In this document: piece by piece, positions 1-6,875 of the stretch
Layout: each line of letters begins with the position of its first letter
How positions within the stretch are numbered: position 1 is the first letter of the stretch
The notes under the pieces: generated by a model
Databases searched by the model: none
Seen by the model: the letters and a program-made list of their open reading frames with translations, nothing else
Told to the model about the DNA's origin: nothing
Source: Candidatus Micrarchaeaceae archaeon
GTDB lineage: Archaea; Micrarchaeota; Micrarchaeia; Micrarchaeales; Micrarchaeaceae
Length of the DNA stretch: 15,383 nt
Assembly: GCA_050013715.1 (NCBI GenBank)
Contig: JBEKES010000022.1
Location: forward strand, 1 to 15,383
Direction: 5' to 3'
Position numbers and translations under genes: made by a program

Positions 1-825
1 TGAGAAGTTTACATAGAGTTTGTCGTGCTGCCCTACTTCAGTGTATATGTTGCCATTAAATTCAGCAGCATACAGGTATTGGTTTACTCTAACGGGAAGT
101 ATTCCTGTACGCGCATAATCCCCTACAGAATCTTGCCAAACTGCATTGAAATCATAAACGCCTGGTGAGGTAGGAGTGAAATTATACACTTGGCTTGTTA
201 GGCGAGTATTACCATTCTGCAATACTTGCTGCCCATTTTCATCTAATATAACACCATAGGGAGATGTTCCTCCAGTTACGCTGGTATTTATTTTGTCCAA
301 TAATCCAACATCGTCAACAGGAGCTCCATTTAAGAATGCTTCCGGTGCAGGATTTATCTGTGCAACCAAGTTGGGCGTTGTTATTTCCCTTCCCAAATCG
401 TCTTTTATTGTTGCATTGAATACGTAACGTCCTGTCTGTGATGGATTGAATAGATAGGTTGCCTTGTGTAAATCAGTTGTGTTTGTTTGTATCAGCGTCA
501 AGTTCCTATAGAATTTTATTGTAAATATTGGCTCTCCATAGGCCCATGTTACATTTAGATCATGCCTTTGTCCCAAGTCAAATACAGAAAGCATGCTTAT
601 CTGAGCGTTGCTTGGAGGAGGATAATAGATAGTTGTTGTCACGGTGCTGATGCTACTTTCAAGATTTATTGGATTTGATCCTGCATTATTTGTGCTTGTC
701 ACTGCAACTGTCGGGTTAAATGTACCTACAGCAACTGCATTTGCAGTGTAGGAGAGAACTACTGTGAATAATATAGCTAGCGCTATTGCAAAAACAGTAA
801 TTAGATATATCTTATTGACCTTCAT
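1..825 (-). CDS. Secreted/surface protein with tandem Ig-like (PKD-like) repeats, partial (runs off the left edge)
   Basis: Translated by hand: ATG at 825, open for 275 codons to position 1. N-terminal signal peptide MKVNKIYLITVFAIALAILFTVVLSYTANA. Roughly 90-aa beta-rich repeats (...YLFNPSQTGRYVFNATIKDDLG... / ...VTGGTSPY...YNFTPTSPGVYDFNAVWQDSVG...), with a third repeat starting (TEVGQHDKLYVNFS vs FDLGQRHDLNVTW). GGGGT RBS-like motif upstream. Confidence 0.85.
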   Translation of the reverse strand, partial: MKVNKIYLITVFAIALAILFTVVLSYTANAVAVGTFNPTVAVTSTNNAGSNPINLESSISTVTTTIYYPPPSNAQISMLSVFDLGQRHDLNVTWAYGEPIFTIKFYRNLTLIQTNTTDLHKATYLFNPSQTGRYVFNATIKDDLGREITTPNLVAQINPAPEAFLNGAPVDDVGLLDKINTSVTGGTSPYGVILDENGQQVLQNGNTRLTSQVYNFTPTSPGVYDFNAVWQDSVGDYARTGILPVRVNQYLYAAEFNGNIYTEVGQHDKLYVNFS

Positions 826-1013
826 TGAACCCCACTGGAGATATTTGCAGGGTTATTTCAACCATACAAATAACATTTTAAAACAAGTATACGTATAACA
901 TTTAACACATATATATAGCTTTCTGATTTATTAGGCATTCCTTTTTATACCTTTGCATTGCTTAACCTCGCTTCCTTTGTTGGATATTGATAAAAATATC
1001 ATTTTGGAAAAAG

Positions 1014-1041
1014 CTTAAATATCTTTAAAGATATCTTTAAG
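1014..1041. promoter_or_regulatory. TATA-like elements overlapped by two perfect 16-bp palindromes (candidate promoter/operator in a divergent intergenic region)
   Basis: ATATCTTTAAAGATAT (1019-1034) and TTAAAGATATCTTTAA (1025-1040) are both perfect palindromes. An A-rich BRE-like GAAAAAG precedes CTTAAATA. Confidence 0.5.
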
Positions 1042-1113
1042 TATTAGTAAATGTTAATCAGTATAATCTTCAGTATAGGTTAACTTGGCTCTTGCTATAT
1101 ATTAGTGATTAGG

Positions 1114-2808
1114 ATGGCTAAATATGTTTTAATATCTGATGACACGCTCATCTATGACTTCAGGGATTTCCCCCTATTGGACTTTCTGCCCTGCGCACCC
1201 ACCTATGCGGTTCCCAATAGCGTATACAAATTCCTGAAGGGCAAAATATCCCCTCCTGTTGATAATGGAAGATTATTGTACGCACCCTACGGATTGAGAA
1301 AAATAGAAGCCGCACTATTGAAGAAGAATCCGGTTTCTGACGTTGTAGTAGCACACCAGGACCATCTTGACAAATTCATAAAAGATGATACTGAAATAAT
1401 AGGCGTTAACACAATGGATCCTTTCGGACTAGGTCCGACTACCATGTCATATCACGCATTGTATGAATCGTATAAAAAAGGTCACGAAATCGATGCCTAT
1501 GTGAGAAGAGACTGGGAGGCATTAGTGGAGAAAATAAATTCACTAAGGATTGGCAAGAAGGCAAAGCTGATAGTTGGAGGCGCAGGAGTATGGGAATACA
1601 TGCTGCTTCCTGAAGAAATTGAAAAGCATAAGGTAGACTATTTATTCCAGGGAGAAATTGATGATGTAGTAGCTGATCTGTTTGAGCAAATTTCAAATAA
1701 TAGCGTAGATACCAATATGTTTTCCCACAGCTACATAACCTATGATGATAATTTCAGAAGAACAGTTCAGGATGATCCTAAATTCCTTTCCAGAGGCAAG
1801 GGATTGAAAACTTTCCCAAGTCTGGATTCCATACCAAGCATTGTGAATCCGACAACAAAAGGACTCACAGAAGCCATGCGAGGATGCGGCATAGGGTGCG
1901 ATTTCTGCGAGGTAACACTAAGAGAACTGAGATACTATCCAATAGACAAGATAATGGAGGAGATAAAGGTAAATGTGGAAAAGGGGCATGTGGGACAGGC
2001 CTGGATACATTCTGATGAGATATTCGCCTACAAGCATTTCCCAAGATATGTTCCCAATGAAGAGGCACTTCTGGAGATGTTTACGGCAATAATGTCCATA
2101 AAGGGAGTTGTAAGAACCAATCCAACCCATGGCAGAATATCAATACCTGCAGCCTATCCTGAGATGATGCAAAAGCTATCTAAAGTAATGAAGGCAGGGC
2201 CAAGAAACTGGATAGGAATACAGGTAGGCCTTGAAACAGGGAGCGATTCGCTTGCATTGAAGCACATGCCTGCAAAGACATTGCCATTAAAAATAGGCAG
2301 CGATGGAACCTATCAGGAAATTGTCTGGAAGGGCGTTTACAACATGAACAAGGCCTATTGGAGGCCGGCATTTACAGTACAGGTAGGCCAAAAGGAAGAA
2401 ACAGATGAAGACAACTGGGAAACAGTAGCATTGATAAACAGGTTAAGCAATTCCGTATATGACAACAAACCATTTGAATTCACAGTAACTCCTTTGCTGA
2501 ATGTGCCATTGGGAAGAATAAAATCAAAGAAGATGGATGCAACGCTCACCAATTCTATGCTTGCAGTTTATTATGCTTCATATAGGCATCTTGCGAAGAT
2601 GTCCACAAGAGACGCAGTGAAAGACTCAAAGGGCAATTTGCTGGTAAAGACAGGAACTGCAGGAATAATCGGAGTAGGAGGTTACCTCATGATGAAAGCC
2701 GTTGAGAGGATAGCGGCAAGGAACAATGTGGATTTGGAAAAGGTAAAAACCTACGGAATAGGCGCAAAGAAAAACATAACAGCATGGAACATCGCCATGA
2801 ATTCATGA
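1114..2808 (+). CDS. B12-binding-domain radical SAM protein, GDGT ring synthase (GrsA/GrsB)-like family
   Basis: CxxxCxxC motif RGCGIGCDFC (Cys codons 1885-1908). Further motifs APYGLRKIEAAL, MDPFGLGP, IVGGAG, GE, GLETGS and EETDED. ATG 1114 follows a GTGAT RBS-like motif (the ORF track extends to GTG 1105). Radical SAM assignment is firm; Grs-like subfamily is from recalled motifs. Confidence 0.85.
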   Translation: MAKYVLISDDTLIYDFRDFPLLDFLPCAPTYAVPNSVYKFLKGKISPPVDNGRLLYAPYGLRKIEAALLKKNPVSDVVVAHQDHLDKFIKDDTEIIGVNTMDPFGLGPTTMSYHALYESYKKGHEIDAYVRRDWEALVEKINSLRIGKKAKLIVGGAGVWEYMLLPEEIEKHKVDYLFQGEIDDVVADLFEQISNNSVDTNMFSHSYITYDDNFRRTVQDDPKFLSRGKGLKTFPSLDSIPSIVNPTTKGLTEAMRGCGIGCDFCEVTLRELRYYPIDKIMEEIKVNVEKGHVGQAWIHSDEIFAYKHFPRYVPNEEALLEMFTAIMSIKGVVRTNPTHGRISIPAAYPEMMQKLSKVMKAGPRNWIGIQVGLETGSDSLALKHMPAKTLPLKIGSDGTYQEIVWKGVYNMNKAYWRPAFTVQVGQKEETDEDNWETVALINRLSNSVYDNKPFEFTVTPLLNVPLGRIKSKKMDATLTNSMLAVYYASYRHLAKMSTRDAVKDSKGNLLVKTGTAGIIGVGGYLMMKAVERIAARNNVDLEKVKTYGIGAKKNITAWNIAMNS

Positions 2809-2860
2809 TTATGCAAAGGAATATATATCTAGCTAAGACAAAACCTAATTTATTGATAAA

Positions 2861-4444
2861 ATGCAGGACAATACGATAAGCAGACCTAGATTTAAGAAAG
2901 TAGAAAGAGACTGGATAAAACACGTCGAGGATTATTACCAAAATCTTAAGAAATTCACTCCCAGTGTGTATAATGCACTTGACAATAATCGAATAAATAG
3001 ACTAATCATCAATCTTAAAGATACCCAATCAATAAACGTAGCCGCAGAGTTGTGGAAATTGATAAATAATCAATTAGTAGATAAAAATGACAGATTAGAT
3101 ATTGAAACCAAACAATCATTCAAAGAAGAAATTGCAGCAGTGAAAACCGATGAAGGATACAGTGTTGATACACGAAACATTCGTGTTTTGTGGGGAGCAC
3201 TATATGTAAATTATTTAGCCGAATCCAGCAGAGAGGTATCGTACCTATTGAATAGCAAGATCAATTCATCAACTGACAATGAAAAAAGAAATGCACTTGT
3301 AGTTAAAAATATGCTGTTCAAAGAGGATTTAAGTTTTATAAATTCCTTAGTAGAAGAAGCAGATGTAGAAAAGCTTGTTCTTGCAGAAGAAGGATGGGAA
3401 AAATGCAAAAAAACTTATGAATTCAATTATCATATTTGGAAAGGAACCGAAGCTGAATACCAATACAAAAAGGTAGAAGTTGCCGTGCCATCCACAGAAA
3501 CAATAGCAGATAATATCAGAAAATTAGGAGATGAACTCGCTAATTTGAATGCTCAGAAAGGAAAAGCACAACAGGGCATGGAAGCAATAGAAGAAAACAA
3601 GAGATTAATTGAGCAGCAAATCAGAGCAGAAGAGGAAAGATTAAGAGAAGCAGAAATAGTTAAGGTAGAAAAACCTTCAATGCCAATCAGCACAGATATA
3701 TTACCAGTGCCGCTTATGTTCCCAACAGAAGCAAAAGAGGACAACGACCCTCAAGATGGCAGCGAAAGTGCAACTCCAATTAAGCCTAGCCTGAAGGATT
3801 TGTTTACGAAAATTGTAACAGGAAGCAAGCCATTAGAACAACAGGAAAATAAGGTAAGTGAATCTGCCATTGTACCACCTATCATACCATTAAGAGAGGA
3901 AGTTCGATCAACAAAAGGGGAAATCCAATCAAACGTAGTTGCTGTGGAAGGAGAAGAGTGCACATTAATTCCTGCACCATCAGATGTTCCAATCAAACAG
4001 GAAAGAAGTAGAGATAATGGAGAAGCAACAAAACATTTTGAAGCAGATTTAAATGATTTATTAAATGAGATCAGAATAGATCTGTACAATAATAGAGCTA
4101 AAGAAGCATCATCCAAGATAAATAGATTATATAGAAATGATAGCATAATTGGAACATATAGTATAGATAAAGTGAGACAAGCAGTAACAGATTTAGAGGT
4201 AAAACAAATTACAATGTTTTTGGATGAAAGACTTATTGCTCCTGCAATTGATATGATAAATGAACTAAGAATAAGAGATAGCTTACCGCCAGAACTTGAA
4301 GATAAGATATATCAAAAGCTAATAGGTTTGTTCAAAAGAGACAGAGAGGTTGCATTATTAATAGCAAGAAAATTTGTCGAAGGCGGAACATTAAAGGAGT
4401 GGCAAAAAGGTAATTATGTTCTAGAATTGAGAACTCAAACTTAA
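2861..4444 (+). CDS. Hypothetical protein (527 aa): coiled coil, Pro/Glu-rich linker, helical C-terminal repeats
   Basis: Long ORF with a TATA-like ATATATA about 35 nt upstream. Charged heptad-like segment (IRKLGDELANLNAQK...EEERLREAE). No recognisable family motif. Confidence 0.75.
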   Translation: MQDNTISRPRFKKVERDWIKHVEDYYQNLKKFTPSVYNALDNNRINRLIINLKDTQSINVAAELWKLINNQLVDKNDRLDIETKQSFKEEIAAVKTDEGYSVDTRNIRVLWGALYVNYLAESSREVSYLLNSKINSSTDNEKRNALVVKNMLFKEDLSFINSLVEEADVEKLVLAEEGWEKCKKTYEFNYHIWKGTEAEYQYKKVEVAVPSTETIADNIRKLGDELANLNAQKGKAQQGMEAIEENKRLIEQQIRAEEERLREAEIVKVEKPSMPISTDILPVPLMFPTEAKEDNDPQDGSESATPIKPSLKDLFTKIVTGSKPLEQQENKVSESAIVPPIIPLREEVRSTKGEIQSNVVAVEGEECTLIPAPSDVPIKQERSRDNGEATKHFEADLNDLLNEIRIDLYNNRAKEASSKINRLYRNDSIIGTYSIDKVRQAVTDLEVKQITMFLDERLIAPAIDMINELRIRDSLPPELEDKIYQKLIGLFKRDREVALLIARKFVEGGTLKEWQKGNYVLELRTQT

Positions 4445-4456
4445 ATGGTAGTATAA

Positions 4457-4924
4457 TTATTCCTCTACTTTGCTTGATTTGCTTCTACCCAATGGCTTTT
4501 TGACCTTCAAATCAGGGAATATCTTTGATATTTGGGTTTGGTTTATTGATGCATCGTAGCCTATTGTGGTTATTACCTTTCCTAACAGGTAAGTTTCTGC
4601 CAATGGTGCAAATTCCTTGCTTGACGCTTCACTTATTACTTTTTTAGCATCAGGGGTTCCAAGCTTTTGCAATGCGCTGGCCAATGATTCATAGTTCTTC
4701 TTTGAACCCTGGCATACCTTCTGGGCATAGGCATCAAGAAGGGATGTCTTTATATTAAGCATTGGATAGCTCTTTGAGTCTATTGTAGTTCTAATGCCAG
4801 CAAGATAGAACACAACTTCCTCTGGGCGCGTGTTTTCCCTGATACCTATTCGCTTTATCGATATCCAGTCCTTGTATTTTGCCATGAAGTCTATGTATTC
4901 ATCAGGCTCGTCCAAGTTTATCAC
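4457..4924 (-). CDS. DUF2666-like archaeal conserved protein
   Basis: N-terminus IDFMAKYKDWISIKRIGIRENTRPEEVVFYLAGI resembles recalled DUF2666 proteins; basic C-terminal tail. Start is either GTG 4924 (overlapping the upstream TAG) or TTG 4915 after GTGAT. Confidence 0.7.
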   Translation of the reverse strand: MINLDEPDEYIDFMAKYKDWISIKRIGIRENTRPEEVVFYLAGIRTTIDSKSYPMLNIKTSLLDAYAQKVCQGSKKNYESLASALQKLGTPDAKKVISEASSKEFAPLAETYLLGKVITTIGYDASINQTQISKIFPDLKVKKPLGRSKSSKVEE

Positions 4925-5145
4925 TATTGCGTTTTTAATATATAGTAACCTGCCGCCTTTTCCCTTGCTACTCTCTTTATGACGCCCTTCTGCGCCAACG
5001 ATACAAGTGCATTGGTGACAAGCCCTTTGGGCCTATTGGACTTCTTTGTTATGTCATCTGCTGTCTTTATTACTGAATCTTTTGTCGCTCCAAGCTCTTG
5101 CATAGCATTGAGTACCGCTTGTTCTATTGGTGTAAGCTCTACCAT
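4924..5145 (-). CDS. Small basic winged-helix DNA-binding protein (73 aa)
   Basis: wHTH pattern: EQAVLNAMQELG...TADDITKKSNRPKGLVTNALVSLAQKGVIKR...YYIL. GTTGAT RBS-like motif upstream; packed between rpl40e and DUF2666. Confidence 0.8.
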   Translation of the reverse strand: MVELTPIEQAVLNAMQELGATKDSVIKTADDITKKSNRPKGLVTNALVSLAQKGVIKRVAREKAAGYYILKTQ

Positions 5146-5162
5146 TTAATCAACTTTTAACA

Positions 5163-5327
5163 TCATGTGCCTGCCGCTTTCTTGGTCTTTATGGCCTTTC
5201 TCCTAGGTCTAAGATGCTTGCAGCCGCACTTCCTGCACAGCTTAGAGCCGGCGTGGTTTCTAGACTTGCAGCTCTTGCATATCCATATCTTTGTTATCTC
5301 TGCATCCGCAATAGGAAATTTTCCCAT
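5163..5327 (-). CDS. rpl40e: 50S ribosomal protein L40e
   Basis: Translated by hand (below the ORF-track cutoff): MGKFPIADAEITKIWICKSCKSRNHAGSKLCRKCGCKHLRPRRKAIKTKKAAGT*. Carries the L40e signature ICxxCxxRN...CRKCG...LRP and has no ubiquitin fusion (archaeal type). Confidence 0.95.
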   Translation of the reverse strand: MGKFPIADAEITKIWICKSCKSRNHAGSKLCRKCGCKHLRPRRKAIKTKKAAGT

Positions 5328-5384
5328 AATAAGACCATATATATTGTTTTTAAGAATTCAAAATTCTAATTAACTTTTATAAAC

Positions 5385-5419
5385 ATAAAAGAAAAAAGAA
5401 AACTTGCAATTGCAAGTTT
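5385..5419 (-). terminator. Hairpin plus T-rich tract terminator of the PRC-barrel gene
   Basis: Perfect 20-bp palindrome AAACTTGCAATTGCAAGTTT (5400-5419) overlapping the stop codon, followed on the minus strand by a T-rich tract (TCTTTTTTCTTTT). Confidence 0.7.
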
Positions 5420-5723
5420 ACCTTCTTGTTGTCAAATCAGAAAATTCTGCAGCGCTTGCTGCGTTGTCATTGTTCTGCTGATTCTGTGCATTTGGATTCG
5501 CAGCAACTAGTACCACGTCACCTATGTTCTTTATGTTCTTGAATAGCACGCTCTTGTTCTGTAGCAATTTTCTCATTTCCGTCTTTTCGATGTTTCTCCA
5601 TTCCTCCATTAGTAATCTGCTTACTTCTCCGCGTTCCAAGTCCACTATAGCATCTTGCACTTCTCCAAGATATTGGCCGTTGTCTCCGTATATATCCATA
5701 TTGTATATTTCACTGATCCTCAT
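5418..5723 (-). CDS. PRC-barrel domain protein (resembles archaeal CdpB-type cell-division PRC-barrel proteins)
   Basis: MRISEIYNMDIYGDNGQYLGEVQDAIVDLERGEVSRLL...IKNIGDVVLV is a classic PRC-barrel pattern. AAGGTG RBS and TTTAAA TATA-like box (5762-5767) upstream. Confidence 0.9.
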   Translation of the reverse strand: MRISEIYNMDIYGDNGQYLGEVQDAIVDLERGEVSRLLMEEWRNIEKTEMRKLLQNKSVLFKNIKNIGDVVLVAANPNAQNQQNNDNAASAAEFSDLTTRR

Positions 5724-5799
5724 TTAAGCACCTTCTTCTTGCTAATATATCCTCAATAAACTTTAAATAGCTTGTGCCTAAGTGCTTAGATAAATAGGT

Positions 5800-5824
5800 G
5801 GCGGTTTTTGGGCGGTTTTTGGGC
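5800..5824 (+). repeat. 11-bp tandem repeat GGCGGTTTTTG x2.3
   Basis: GGCGGTTTTTG at 5800-5810 and 5811-5821, then GGC. Confidence 0.85.
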
Positions 5825-5908
5825 AAACTATGACATAAACAGCTGCAAAAACGTTCTGCACACCAAAAAGCCTAAATATCTAGATGCATAGAACCCTTGT
5901 GTGATCAA

Positions 5909-6268
5909 ATGCAAAAAGAAGCAAAGAGAAAGCAAGGACCTTTAGAATCAATTAAAACACATTTAAGAAAAAATGCATTGGAAGTTGTTCTTATTGCCGT
6001 TGTAGGTTCTGGAGTTATTGCAGTTATTGCCCATGATGTAAAGAAAGAAATAAATAGAGTTGATAGATTCGAAATTGCAATGCAGCAGAAGAATACGCCA
6101 GAAGTTCAAAGAATAGTATTAGAAATGATAGACAACGGTCAAATTGGAAATGGACTTAAGTATGCCAAAATATACGGTAACCAAGAAGTGATAAAAGCAG
6201 CTGAAGAGGCAGCAAAGGAGCAGAAAGAAAAAGGATTGGAATATCCAAAGAATCAGAATATCGAATGA
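5909..6268 (+). CDS. Hypothetical single-pass membrane protein
   Basis: ATG 5909 follows a GTGAT RBS-like motif and a TAAATA TATA-like box (ORF track extends to TTG 5897). One hydrophobic segment (VVLIAVVGSGVIAVIA) then a helical charged domain. Confidence 0.7.
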   Translation: MQKEAKRKQGPLESIKTHLRKNALEVVLIAVVGSGVIAVIAHDVKKEINRVDRFEIAMQQKNTPEVQRIVLEMIDNGQIGNGLKYAKIYGNQEVIKAAEEAAKEQKEKGLEYPKNQNIE

Positions 6269-6278
6269 TTTTTGAATA

Positions 6279-6875
6279 ATGAGCAATTGTGATATCATGC
6301 ATCAACATAGAAATCCACAAAATAGAACACCTGTTGAAGGTGCAGAAAAGGACCCGATTGGGCGAGCACTTGAAAGGCAAATCCAAAGAACTAAAGATGG
6401 AAATTCTATATTAAAAAGTAATGGAATACCACGCCTGGGACCTAAAAGTCATGAGGACCAAAAATCTACTCAAACAAATGAATCTGATGCGCCGAAAAAA
6501 CATTATAAAATAGCTGCAAACAGTGGGCAATTCCACGAGCTAAAAAACCTTGCCGAAAGCCACGCGAAAATATACGTGACGACAAAAACGCAATTCGGAT
6601 ATGAAGATTCCCAGTATTATTATCTAATCGATGTAAATGAAGAATGCATAAAAGTTTCAGCAGAAAATAGTGATAAAACGGAAAACATTTATTTCGTAGA
6701 CAGAGGCCTTGCCATATTGAAAATTTCTGCGGTTAACGGAACTGAAACAAACTTAGTTTATTATAATGAATATGTAGAGGGATTCGGCACATCCCTCTGG
6801 CATGAAATTAAAGAAGATACAAGTTCATATGAAAGGATTGTAAGGTTTGAAAGAAAAGGTACGATTATTGGTTGA
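6279..6875 (+). CDS. Hypothetical protein
   Basis: 198-aa ORF starting 10 nt after the previous stop. Disordered N-terminus and beta-rich C-terminal half; no recognised motif. True start uncertain. Confidence 0.6.
   Translation: MSNCDIMHQHRNPQNRTPVEGAEKDPIGRALERQIQRTKDGNSILKSNGIPRLGPKSHEDQKSTQTNESDAPKKHYKIAANSGQFHELKNLAESHAKIYVTTKTQFGYEDSQYYYLIDVNEECIKVSAENSDKTENIYFVDRGLAILKISAVNGTETNLVYYNEYVEGFGTSLWHEIKEDTSSYERIVRFERKGTIIG

Noticed and set aside
870..903. ATAACATTT direct repeat and TATACGTATA palindrome (888-897)
   Set aside because: Short and AT-rich; cannot be distinguished from background without comparative data.
5167..5373. 68-aa plus-strand ORF in the ORF track
   Set aside because: It is the antisense shadow of rpl40e (5163-5327, minus strand).
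5800..5824. CRISPR repeat or iteron interpretation of the 11-bp repeat
   Set aside because: Only two short adjacent copies, no spacers, and no cas or rep gene in the window.
5909..6030. Possible class III (pilin/archaellin) signal peptide in RKQGPLE / RKNALEVVLIAVV
   Set aside because: Neither site has the [KR][GA] cleavage motif directly followed by the hydrophobic stretch.
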